This document shows positions 1 to 22,149 of a DNA stretch of 64,000 nucleotides, piece after piece; the stretch's first letter is position 1, and each line of letters opens with the position of its first letter. This stretch comes from the human T2T-CHM13v2.0 reference genome, Homo sapiens. Below the pieces are notes generated by a model. The model saw only the letters and a list, made by a program, of their open reading frames with translations. It was not told the origin of the DNA and did not search any database. The position numbers were made by a program, and so were the translations under genes. The stretch lies in assembly GCF_009914755.1 (NCBI RefSeq), contig NC_060946.1. One strand, 5' to 3'.

Positions 1-128
1 AAGGTCAAGAGCCGAAGAGCCAGTCCTCACTGGGGTGCAGAGGGCTCTTTAGGGGCAGAGCGGGCACTGCATGGACCCTGCACCCTGGAGCTGATGTTCA
101 GGTAGTGGGAGGAGGTGGCCGGCCAGGG

Positions 129-371
129 CAGGCCGCTCTCTCAGAGGCACTCTGTGCAGAAGCAGGGAGGGTGCTGCAGGCCGCTCTCTCAGAGGCGCTC
201 TGTGCAGAAGCAGGGAGGGTGCTGCAGGCCGCTCTCTCAGAGGCGCTCTGTGCAGAAGCAGGGAGGGTGCTGCAGGCCGCTCTCTCAGAGGCGCTCTGTG
301 CAGAAGCAGGGAGGGTGCTGCAGGCCGCTCTCTCAGAGGCGCTCTGTGCAGAAGCAGGGAGGGTGCTGCAG
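129..371. repeat. 48-bp VNTR, 5 near-perfect copies, in a MOV10L1 intron
   Basis: Unit caggccgctctctcagaggcgctctgtgcagaagcagggagggtgctg repeated five times; it gives the 16-aa periodicity seen in the ORF track. Confidence 0.95.
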
Positions 372-1211
372 CCCAGCTGCAGAGGCCCCACAGCGTTAGT
401 TGGCCACTGGGGGCGGCTGGAGTGGGGAGGGGCACTTCAAAGGGCAAAGAAGTAGCAATGTCATCTGGCAAAAGTGACATTAAATAACTGCAATTAATAC
501 AGAATTGAAACCTAAATACTTACATTCTAGGAAAGATACATAATGTTAATTTTTTTCAACAGAAATAGGGACATGAGATGGGGAAATGGCAGTTTGCTGA
601 TTTCCACATCTTTCACTGGGAGGGGTTCACGGTGTCACTTGTGAAATCCGTGTCTTGAGAGTTACACATTGATACCTGAAGTGAAAGGTGTCAGCTGACC
701 GTGAGTGGATGCAGGACATGTTGGGCCCAGCACTGCTGTAAGCAGGAGCCCGCCCCCGCACAGGTCTGACCACAGGGTCTCACCCCACAGTGGGACACCT
801 GAGGCTCAGAGGTGATGGATTTGCCCAGCATCTAGGGTTGGAGAGGGGAGATCCTGGAATCAGCAGTGAGAAGGGTAAACGTGGGCTCGGCAGTGAGGAC
901 GGTGCGGGCCCAAGGTGCGTCCTGTTGAGTGTTGGCGTGGCTCCGGACACTCTCTCTGCCCCATACCTGCTTCCTCAGGCATCAGGACATGTTTCTGCCC
1001 CAAGAGCATTTCCCCACTGAGGCCTCCTGACCACAGAGCAGAAGCTGCTGGGGTGGGCGAGCCAGGGAAGCCGGGGCACCTGTTCCTCAGCTCATGGCCC
1101 CAGGTGGGGTGGCCCCTCTGCACTCTAGAAACAGATCATGTGCCGAGCGAGCTCCTGCTCTCCGCTCAGTCCCACAGCCTTCCCATGCAAGAGTTCCGCA
1201 GCTTCTCCTGA

Positions 1212-1722
<511 letters not shown>

Positions 1723-2231
1723 CAACCCCATTTTCTTAATGGTGCCGCAGATTGGGAAGTGGCTCCCAGGGCCTCAGCCTATTGGCATGCAGGCCAGGCA
1801 GTGCCCAGCTGAGAGTGGCTCACAAGGATGAGTCAGGAGGAAATGAGCGGATGGCAGGAGAGGCTGCCATCTGTGGCCGCCTGCATGGCCAGGCCTGTTC
1901 TCAGCGCTTTACAGCGGCCAGTTCAGCTGCTCTCACCTCAGCCACCTCCCGAGAGACACGTGGGAGGTGGAGGCTCAGAGAGGGGAAGTCAGGACTAGAG
2001 CCTGGGCATTTTGATAATGACAGGAGTGAGACGCAGGTGGAGAGCAGGCCAGGAGCCTGCGGCGCTTCTCCTGTGAGCTGCCCCCAGGAGGCGCTCGTGT
2101 GTTGCCCATCGCTCCCACCCCTTCTTCCCTCCACATCTCTAGAAATACAGACGCTGCGTGCAAAGCACTGGGTGCTGATGTGGCTTAGCATCTCCTGACA
2201 CCTGTGGCCTGTCCTCCCTCCAGCCGGGTGA

Positions 2232-2522
<291 letters not shown>

Positions 2523-3104
2523 TGAGGGGATGCAGGCTGCGATCCTGCCGGGAACAGTCACAGCTGTACAGGGGTCAGGTGGAAGTGCCAAGGACCCCGA
2601 GGTGTTGGGGGCCATGGGTCTCTATTGTACTTTATTCCTTTTGGACTAGAAGTGAATGTCTTGACTCATTTACTTGTAAAACGGAGGTAAGAGCCATTCT
2701 AGGTGTTGGGGATACAGCGGTAAAGTCAGGAATGTGGTCCCTGCTCTGGGTGAGCCGGCCGTTCAGTGCCTGGAGGGGCGGACAGGGCCAGTGCTCCTGC
2801 ATCTGACCCACTTGCCCCTCAGGCTGCCCTGGCCTCCAGCTCTGTGCATCCTCTGTTCTCTGCTCCCACCTGCTTCCTCCCCGAGTGCTTCTGATGGTGG
2901 CGTGGGCATCACCTTGAACTTCCCTGGTTCTCTCACTGTGGCTCATCCAGGCGAGCTCATCCAGTGTCCAGCACTGGACATTTCAGGGTCCTCCTTGGCA
3001 CCCATCCTAGATGTCTGTCCCAGTCACCAGGCACTGTGGGGCGGAGCATGAAGGTGACGCCTAGGGAGGGAGCAGGGACTGGTCCAGGCAGAGCAGCGGC
3101 ATAG

Positions 3105-3695
<591 letters not shown>

Positions 3696-5783
3696 TAAGC
3701 AGACACAGGCTCCAGGGCAGTCGAGCAGCTCACTCTTCTGTCCACCTGAGTCATCTCCATCCGTGGGCAGAGTGCAGGGGAGCACCCACCATAGCACCTC
3801 CCCCGTCAGCAGAAACTGCAGCCTGGTGCTGATGGCTGAGACTCTGGGGTCAGATTCAGTAAAATAAGTTAAAATCTGTGTTACTCTGTTAACGTTAAGA
3901 AAAGCAAGAAATAATTTTTGTGACTTAAAAAGCCTGCCCTAGAGTGACTGCAGGCAGTGTCTCCTCAGTGGTCTCTGACCCCAAGGTCCCACTGAAGTGC
4001 AGGTCTGGGCTCTCAGCCAACCTTGCACCAAATTCTGAGGGATGGGCTTTGGGATTTGCATCTTTGGAGCCCCCAGCACACTGAGCTTGGGCCTCCAGGG
4101 CCCATCATTCAACAGTGAACCAAGTAGCCTCAGTTTGTAAGCCCCTGTAGCCCACAGAAAAACAGTCTCCATCTGATTCCCATTGCCAGTATTAACATCA
4201 ATAGAAAATGAGGGGCAGTTACCATGGGCAGACTTTCAGGGAAAAGGACTGGACCCCATTCTTGGTTGTCAAGGGTAGGGAGCAGGTGGGGGTCTTCAGG
4301 CCAAGGAAGGCCTCATGAGGGACTACCCGCAAGACAGGACCGGCTGTGCCAGGAGGCCATGAAACTGCCCCCAGGAAGATGGCCGGCCGTGAGCAGCTGC
4401 TGGGCCCAGAGGGCGCCTGAGAGCTCTGCTGTCCCCCGGAGGTTCGCCTCATCCTCCAGTGCCGCTGTGCGCCTGTACCCGCTAGCTGCTTTGCTGGAGG
4501 TGTGGGTGCAGGTGACGTGGCCGCAGCAGGAGAGACCAGCACGCTGCCGTCCCCACCACACAGCCTTCAGGGCAGGTGCATACAGCACAGGGCCACAGGT
4601 ACAGAAAGACCCTGCCGCACGGGAGGTGAAGGCCTTGTCCTGTGTGGGGCCTGGGCAGTGTCCTGCACCCTCCAACCAGAGCGGCTGCCACAGTGACCCC
4701 AGGAGGCTGCATGCTTCCTTTCTCTTCCCCAGCAGCTGCCCATGTCCAGCTAAGGCAGAGGTGCCGTGACTCTAGATCACATTTGGAGTTTGGAGTAGCA
4801 CGTTGGAGGCTGGACACATTCTATTTAGGCTTGACAGAGTCGGGAGGACTCACGGGGCCAATCATGGCGTTCTCGTGCCAGTGTCATCTGGCGAGTAACA
4901 GACAGCACTGCAGGAACACAGGTTTTCACCAACAGGGGCTTTGTTAACTCATCCCAAGGAGGGAGAGCCCTAGGCTTGTTCTCCCCAGCAGTGTCTCCCC
5001 GAGGGACAGTCAGTGACAGGAGGGCAGAGGGTGCAGCATTGCATAGAGAGGACGGCTCCCCGCGGCACAGACGCAGCGAGTCCTCATGCCAATACATGGG
5101 TCACGTGATGAGCAGGGTCAAGACTGAGCATTGCTCTGACTGGTTGAACTCCTGTAGTCGCTGGAGACCCTCTCTGGCTGCTTACACCAGCACCAGGGGA
5201 AGAGCACCTGCCCTGAGTGAGCTTCCCGAGCAAGTTGGAGGCAGACAGTAAAGGTGTCCCATGTACTGGTGATATCACAGTCACCCTCAGCCGCATCAGT
5301 GAAGTCACAGCCAGGCCCGCCCAGGGCTGGCCAGGCCCCCAGAGTCACAGTGTCTATGCTCTCCTGGCCCAGGGGCCCAGGAGCTCTTCCTTCCCTGTGG
5401 CCAAGCGGAGGCAGGGCTGTGTGGGCCAACAAGATGCTGTTTCCAGGGTGAAGCTCTCAGCACACGAGGGAGGCATCCACCTGCCCTCCACCCGGCTGCT
5501 GGGTTCCAGGTGGCAGGAGCCCTTTAAGAGGCCCCTCAGCGGCACCCAGACCCAGGAGAGGAACAGAGGGCAGCCGTCACACCCTTTTCTTCCTGATGTT
5601 TCCATTTTCTATTCAGATGGACCCTTGGCTTGACCATCATCCAAGGGCTTGGTCTGGGGGCAGGCGACACACAGGGGCGCAGGAGCAGAGTCAGGCTTGG
5701 AAGTCAGGCAGGCCTCACGTTTGCTGTGCAGAGCCGCTTTTCGTTCGACAGAAACTGTGCCGGGTACCACCTTCCCCTTGTGA

Positions 5784-5999
<216 letters not shown>

Positions 6000-7021
6000 T
6001 AGGTGACCGTGTCGGGTAAGGACAGTATGGCAGGAGGTCCTTCCTCCCAGGTGAGGCTCTGTCACCTGCCTGTGGCGGGGCAGATGTTCTGCTGGTCTCC
6101 AGAGAGTGAAAAGCCATCGGGGGCTTGTGCCCCCCAAGATGGATGCTGACTTCTCCTGCCAGATGAGTTGTGCCTGGCACCAAGGAGGCATCACGGGCAC
6201 CACTCTCAGGTGGTCACAGCAGACAAGCACTGGGCTCCAAGAGAAGCGAAGCTGCCCAGTGAGCTCTGGAGGGCCTGGGGAAGCTCGCAGGGCCATGTGG
6301 CTGGGGACGCCCCAGGGCCGCAGGAAGCTCCCAGAGGCCACCACCGCCTCCCTCCCGGTGCTTCCCTCGAGGGTTGGAGCTGTCAGGAGAGAGCCCGGCA
6401 GGGAAGGCAGCAGCTGCGATCCCGAGCCGTGCGCCTGGGGCCTGAGGAGTGACGGGCCACCACCCCCTCTCCAAGGCCTCGCAGAGGGACAGAGTTAGAT
6501 GCTGAGTGACCAAACAAAATTACAAGCATTCGCTAAAATGAGATAGTTTGTATTAGGAGTTTAGTTAGAGCAGAAATCAAGTTTTGCATTAACCCCCTGC
6601 CCCAGAAGAAGGGGCATTCAAGGTATCTGCAGTGAGGGCTGCACCCGGGCCACACGGGGAACCCTGGTGCCAGTGCCCCTTCCATGCCACGGGCCCCGGA
6701 GGACAGGGGTCCAGGTTACACCATTTGGCTGCCTTGGGGCCTCTGCATTCCATGCCCTACCCAGCAGTGGCCCCCAGTTGCTCTTCGTAAGTTCCTGAGG
6801 GAGAAAATCTGTCTGTGATCTGTCCAAAGTGGTGGGATGGGATATGTGTATGGCGGCTGTGAGGTTCTCACATTTGGAAAGGAAGGGGTCCTAAGGAGAA
6901 TCTGCAGTGAGCTGGACACCTCCAGACATGGTGCACTCTGAGGCAGGTCCCTCCCCTGCAGTGGTCTCCCGCCATCTGTCCTGCTAGCTCTGCCCATCCT
7001 CAGAAGCTTTCCTGGGTATCA

Positions 7022-7357
<336 letters not shown>

Positions 7358-7943
7358 GCATGGAGGCTGTCACTCAGCAGCTCTGTGTCCTGGCCTAGGA
7401 TCTGTCCACCTGGTAGGCCATGGCGGAGAAGAGTCATGAAGCCCCTCGTTCTCGTCGTGCTCCTCATCAAATTATCCTTGGGTTTCTGATCGTTCTTGTC
7501 TTACGAATTTTAACTGCTGTGTTTCATGCATATAATTTATCACTGCTTTATCTTCCTCATTATGTAATATCCTTCCATACTGTCATGTGTATTAGTCTTA
7601 AATTCCACCTCGTAATATTAACATTGCCACTTTTTTCTTTTTACCTGGTATGTCTTTGCCCTCTTCATTTTTTATTGTTGTATTTCTTAGGAGCAGCTAG
7701 GTTTTTATATTTAATCCATTTTGGGAGTCAGTTTGCTTTTAGTGACATAAATCAGCCCAGTCTATAGTGATTTCACATGATTTCTTCTTTATCTTTCTTA
7801 GTCATTTTATTTCCTGATTTTTTCTAGTTGATTGGTTGCTATTCATTGAATTGTTTCTCAGTTTAGAAGTTTCTGCTATAAGTTTCCATCCCATTAATCT
7901 TTTAAGTTTCTTCAGTCACTTATTATTTACAATAAATGAGTAA

Positions 7944-10440
<2,497 letters not shown>

Positions 10441-10783
10441 TTATGTCAGTATATCTCATTAATGTTTTCTAAGGAAGAGTATTTTCAAGATGAGAAGTAG
10501 CTATATCAAAGGTCTAATATCAAAAAAAAAAAAAAAAAAAAGATCAGAAATACCAGCCAGCCCTCCACTCCGGGGCTCAGACCTGAGTGGCGGACTCCTG
10601 TGACCCGTCCTCCTCTGTAGCGTTTAGCATGACTGTGAGCCATTTCATCATTTAACATATGCCATCTGCCCTGCTCACATGTAAGTTCTGCACGAGAGCA
10701 GGGATTTATTCTGTCATATTCAGTGTGTATTCCCAGCACCGACTTCAGCTCCTGGATTGTAGCCTTCTGGTGAATATTCATGA

Positions 10784-10996
<213 letters not shown>

Positions 10997-12080
10997 TGAG
11001 GTCCCTGCAGCCCTGCTCCTTGGCTCCTGCAGCTCCACAGAGGCAGGAACAAGCTCCTTGTGAGCAGCAGCAGGTTTTTAAAGGGGCAGGACCGCACTTG
11101 AATGTCGTTCAACATGAGAGGTCACCCAACTGCCATCCATGGGCCAGTTCCGGGCAGCTGCCAGCTTTTCTACGGCCAGAGCCTCGAACAGTTTTTACAT
11201 TTCTAAATGGTTACATTTATATGTCCCTTGATATTTGGCCCTTTGGGAAAACATTTGCCAACCCCCAGCTCTAACCCAGTGTTTCTCAAAGGGGGCACTT
11301 TGGGTATATTTGAATGGGACGCTTCTCATTTCGTATGACTCTGTGATGTGATTATAGGAGAGTTAGCGTCCCCAGGCCCCAGGGGCTGGTCCCAGGAAGC
11401 ATCTCCACACGTTCACAGTGGCTCTGGAGCTCTGGTGGGGACACAGGTGCCTCCCATGCCGAACACCAGGTTTCATTCATGAAGCATGTGTCCCTGTGGT
11501 GTTCACACCACCAAGCAGAACTTGGAAAGAACCCCCAAAATACAGAAGAAAAGGTGAGTCCCCTAGGCCATCACAGTAACAGATCACCTGTACCGCGCGT
11601 GTGCTGACCGCAGAGCCCGTCAAAGATGTTATGTTTCCTTTTTTCTGACCTCGGGGACTCGAGAGGTGAGTGCTTAGTTCTCCCAGAGGTACAGAGATTA
11701 CGAAGGCTTATGGAGACAAGTAAGTTGCCAGACATCACACAGCCAGTGTCCTGGTGTCTTAACCTCAGCTTGTAGGTGCCATCCTGCTGAGACATCCAGC
11801 TTAGAGCTGCCATCCTCAGCTCTAAGCATCAGACATGCATCTCGTTTCTCCTGAAGGATTTCCTCCATCCTTGATGTGTGCTTGTGGGGAGGGAGGATTT
11901 TCCACATGAAACTTGGCTTTCCTAGTAAGCATTGTCCCCCGTCCCCAGTTTAACTAAAACTGCAATTTGTGTTCTAATCAATTCAGATTAGAAGAAAGCA
12001 ATAAAGAATTAAAAAACAATATTGCACCTTGGCCAATATTTGGTTTATGCTGTGATGTGTAAAGAGATGGATTTGTACAT

Positions 12081-12719
<639 letters not shown>

Positions 12720-12784
12720 TAAAACAATACTCAAAGACTAAGACACAGGAGAGTAAAGAGAAGGGACCCAGGAAGACATGGTGA

Positions 12785-13311
<527 letters not shown>

Positions 13312-13447
13312 TCCTGTTTCTTTTTGAACCAAAAATGAGGTCATTCTGCTATTTAACATTTTTAAATGTTTTTATATATCAAGAGTTTCTCTTCATGCCC
13401 CCCAAAAACTTCAAGTGCCATTTTTATTCATCTCTGTGTGCTTTTAG

Positions 13448-13612
<165 letters not shown>

Positions 13613-13615
13613 TGA

Positions 13616-13816
<201 letters not shown>

Positions 13817-14127
13817 TGAGCGCTTCTGCTGTCTTCCTCAAAGACAGGCTGGCTCTAGAACGTGCTCTAGCCTGCCCTCCCCTGCTCCCCTCACCCCCAT
13901 CCACTTACCCACCTGCAGCCTTAGCCCTCTGCCGGCCACCGTCCTCACCTCATCCTGGGCTGCAGCAGCCACTGTTTCCTGGACATTTGGGGTCATGTCA
14001 CCTTTCCCACATAGGCTAACAGGGTAAACTAAGTCCCCTTGTAAAACCCACATTGGGAAAAGAGTGCAGCTCCCAGCCCGCTGTGGGAGCCTGGCTCACT
14101 GGCCATCCGCTTCTCCTCTGTCTACAG

Positions 14128-14209
14128 CTGTGGCGAGGGGGTGGCAGACCCCTCCTACCCAGTGGTGCCAGAATCCACAGGACCAGAGAAGCATCAGGAG
14201 CCCAGCTGA
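14128..14209 (+). CDS. MOV10L1: MOV10L1 last coding exon to stop
   Basis: tacag|C TGT GGC ... CCC AGC TGA; [26 protein letters not shown]. Confidence 0.93.
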
Positions 14210-14424
14210 TCTGCAGTGGCTGACAGCAGGGAGGCCATGTGCTCAGCCTGGCCACGTTGCCGTTACAGTCTGCTCCGTGGCTCCTGTGGCCTGCCCTTGT
14301 CTCGCAGCCAGGCAGGGTCGTGTGTGGGTGTGGGGCTGCCAGGTTGGACGCAGCTGCTGCTGCCCTGACTTTGGCATATGCCAGCCTGTTCCTGCCACAG
14401 GGCAGTCACTGCCGCCTACCCTGA

Positions 14425-14430
14425 AATAAA
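14425..14430 (+). terminator. MOV10L1: MOV10L1 polyadenylation signal
   Basis: AATAAA about 215 nt after the stop, with GU-rich sequence downstream. Confidence 0.85.
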
Positions 14431-15839
14431 CCCTCGAGTGACCCCCAGAAGCCTTTCCACCTCGAGATGTGTGCCCGTGTCAGTGGTGACCAGGGTTTCA
14501 TGTGGCCTCTCAGCCCTGCTGGCGCAGTTTTTGGAGATGGCTTGCTGTCCACTTCACCTGAACTAGCCGTGTGTCAGGCTCCAGGCAAGGCTGCCAGCTC
14601 CACTCAGCAGAGCGCCAGGGCCATGGACCAGGCATGCAGAGCCCACAGGGCCTGAGGCTCTACATGGGGCCAGGGTTGTGAGGGTGGCACTCAGGCCTGC
14701 CCTAGGCCCAGTGCTTCTGGGAGTTTGCAGCTGGGCGGGTTCCTGGGTGCAGGCCTGCACCCTAGGGGTACTGAGTTTAGGGGTCCTTAGAACACATCTC
14801 TGGGCCAGAAATAAAACACGTGGAGATGGGCAACGCACCTCAGGCCAGGAGGAGCAGAGCAGTGGCAGGAAGAACACTTGGGGTGAGCCCCGCACTGTCC
14901 TCAGCCTGGTGCAGGGTCTCAGTACAGCAGCCCGGCTGGAACACAGGACCCCCAGGCTCGGAGATGCCGCCTGCATACACCCAGGGCCCCAGAGGAGGCC
15001 AACACCGCTTTACGGGGGGTCTTACCTGGCCTATGCCCCCATCCCCACAGCGAGACACAGACCAGCAGCCGACTAGAAGGGTGCAGGCTTGGCCCACCTC
15101 AAAGTTTGGGAGCCTTGCCCTGCACCCTCCCCCACCCCCTCCCCCACGACTTGCTCCCAGGAAACAAATGCTCAGTGTCTCCACTTAGAGGTAGCGTCTG
15201 CTTGGCAAGCAGAAACCACTGTCTCCTGAAGGTCTCAAGACACCAGGGATCATGTCTGTTTACTAAACTTGTGGGTGATGCTAAGATCTGTGGTCACAAC
15301 TCCAGGGAGTACTTGATGTAGGAGGAAGCACTTTCCAGACAGGCGGCGTCATGTCAGGGCCCAGGACTGCATGCGGCATCACCTGCTGTGGCTTCTGCAT
15401 GAGTTGTGTTTAGGAACTGAAGGGTTTCTCCAGGCAGAGCTGTCATTGCTGTGCTAAGGGGTGCGTGGAGGCCCAGGCAGAGCCCCCATGCGTGGAGGCC
15501 GCTGTGCCCAGTGCTCCTGCAGCCAGCGTTTGCTGGACTCTCTCTGCAGAGCAGAAGTCCTAGGGCAAGGACCTCTCCATCCTGTCAACCCCAAATCGAA
15601 GGGATGCCCCCCACGGAGGCTGGGGACTTTTCTGACCCAGGTGAGGGGAGCATTGGGGTCAGCCCTGACACTGAGAGGCCACCTCTCTGGGCTCAGTGAC
15701 CTGGATGTCCTGGCAGGTGGGAGAGACGCAAGAAGCAGGTGTGGGGTCCACACTTGAGGGAGTGCTCTTGGGCAGAGACGTGGGGAGCCAGTGTTGAGGC
15801 TGGGCAGGTGTCCTCAGCTGGGGGACACCTCAGCAATGA

Positions 15840-16938
<1,099 letters not shown>

Positions 16939-17597
16939 CAAATCTTGCCATTTTCCTTTTCAGTGTATCCAGTGCAACAAAAAATGCCATTACAGTTTGA
17001 TACCATCATCCACTTAGAGGACACCAGCAAGCTGTTCTTTCACAGCTAGAAAGTTTATTTCTTCTTTTCCTTGAACTCATATTTCTATTCCACTCCCCCC
17101 CATATTTGTATCCTAATGCAAAATGTGTTAGGTTTGAAAGGTGTGGGCATCACAAATATTTTCTGTTCCTCTCCTGGGCACAGAACGGGATTTCACCCCC
17201 ACCTCCCTCACCACCACAGGTGTGTAAAGCCAGTGACATCGCTGATGCGAAGGCTCTGAAGGCAGAGGGCAGCTCACCCCCCACTCCCCACCGGACACCG
17301 GGGGCGAGGGCCGCCACGTGTCAGGCTGAGGATGGCGGGACAGAGCCCCCAGTCTCCCTGTGAGCAGTGTGTGGGGCCAAACAACCTGGGCTGTTGTTGA
17401 CGTCTATTACTGTGGCATGGTCTGGCCTGTCCCTACCAAACACCAGTCTCAGCGCACCCTGACAAAATACAAGCACTGAGGCTTAACATGGGAACAATCT
17501 GGCCGATTGTTATTCTTACGATTATTATAAATACCCAATCAAAATGATACGCATACATTTCCAATTTTCATAATAAACAAAAATAAAATTGAGCTAG

Positions 17598-17976
<379 letters not shown>

Positions 17977-18559
17977 TGAGACAGGTTGTCAGTTTTTTTT
18001 CCTGTTTTTCATCTTCATGGATATAGAAGCTCAGAAAGCTTGTTCGCTTAAAGAGAGAGATGGGAATACAAGCTTTGCACAGCACGCATCGTCTTCAAGA
18101 TCCTTCCATGTGTTGAAATCTCATGTTAATGTATCACCAAGAGAAAGAAGCAGCTGCTCCCATAATACGGGATTTGGGAAGACTGTCCTCCAGTCTGGGC
18201 CACTGGAGTGTGAAGACCGCAGGGGTGGACCCTTCACTCCTGCCACACATCCTCCTGAGGAGGGTAACAGGCTGGGCGGCCAGGGTGTCATCATGGACCT
18301 TTGCTCACCGTTCCACTCACCGGGAATGAGGATGGCAGCCAAGTTGCCGAGTTTTGAGTCCAGGCCCTGGCTCTGCCACAGGCGTTCTTCTTGTCAAGCT
18401 CCCACCGCTTCCTCTGCGAGACAGTGACTGGCCAGTGGTGCTCAACAGGCAGGCAAGATCACACCCACTCATAACCATCGTTGTTCACTGAAAAGGTGCT
18501 GTGGCCCAGATGCTGCCCCAGGCAGGGGCGTAACATGCAAAACAAATGCAGTAGGTGCA

Positions 18560-19505
18560 GTGGCCCAAGCCTGCAGTCCCAGCGTGGCTCACGCCTGCAA
18601 TCCCAGCATGGTCCACGTCTCCAGTCCCAGCGTGGCCCAAGCCTGCAATCCCAGCGTGGCCCACGCCTGCAATCCCAGCATGGCTCCTGCAATCCCAGCA
18701 TGGCCCACGTCTCCAATCCCAGCGTGGCTCAAGCCTGCAATCCCAGCGTGGCCCACGCCTGCAATCCCAGCGTGGCTCACGCCTGCAATCCCAGCGTGGC
18801 TCAAGCCTGCAATCCCAGCGTGGCCCACGTCTCCAATCCCAGCGTGGCTCAAGCCTGCAATCCCAGCGTGGCCCACGTCTCCAATCCCAGCGTGGCTCAA
18901 GCCTGCAATCCCAGCGTGGCCCACGCCTGCAATCCCAGCGTGGCTCAAGCCTGCAATCCCAGCGTGGCCCACGTCTCCAATCCCAGCGTGGCTCAAGCCT
19001 GCAATCCCAGCGTGGCCCACATCTCCAATCCCAGCGTGGCCCACGTCTCCGATCCCAGCGTGGCTCAAGCCTGCAATCCCAGCGTGGCTCAAGCCTGCAA
19101 TCCCAGCGTGGCCCACGCCTGCAATCCCAGCGTGGCCCACGCCTGCAGTCCCAGCGTGGCCCACGCCTGCAGTCCCAGCGTGGCCCACGCCTGCAGTCCC
19201 AGCGTGGCCCACATCTCCAGTCCCAGCGTGGCTCAAGCCTGCAATCCCAGCGTGGCCCACGTCTCCAGTCCCAGCGTGGCCCACGTCTCCAATCCCAGCG
19301 TGGCCCACGTCTCCAATCCCAGCGTGGCTCAAGCCTGCAATCCCAGCGTGGCTCACACCTGCAATCCCAGCGTGGCTCACGCCTGCAATCCCAGCGTGGC
19401 TCACGCCTGCAATCCCAGCGTGGCTCACGCCTGCAATCCCAGCATGGCTCATGCCTGCAGTCCCAGCGTGGCTCACACCTGTAATCCCATGCCTGCAATC
19501 CCAGC
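18560..19505 (+). repeat. 24-bp minisatellite derived from the Alu 5' end (~39 units)
   Basis: Unit gtggctcacgcctgcaatcccagc differs from Alu gtggctcacgcctgtaatcccagc by one base; the array runs directly into the rest of an Alu left arm at about 19506-19610. Confidence 0.93.
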
Positions 19506-21842
<2,337 letters not shown>

Positions 21843-22149
21843 GGTTGGGTGCTGGGATTGGATGTAGCTGAACTGCCTGCCTCAGGATGAAGTTTGCTGG
21901 AAGTCAGGGGCTGGCATCCCTCAGAAAACATGCAAGGATCTTTAAAAACGCAGACGGCGTGAAAGCTCAAAGCAGACACATCCCCTACGCAGCCCAGGGA
22001 GGCAGGGGGACCTCCTGGTTTGCTCACAGCAGTGGCCGGGCCTGTGAACACGGGCTCAAAATACATTTTTGGAATGAATTATTGAATGAACTTAAAACTC
22101 CAATCACACTAAATCTTTTATATGAAAGATCGTGCACGTTCGTCCTGGT

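Noticed and set aside
49-480. ORFs with 16-aa repeats
   Set aside because: By-product of the 48-bp intronic VNTR.
18560-19505. CRISPR-like array
   Set aside because: Units are head-to-tail with no unique spacers, no cas genes are present, and the DNA is human.
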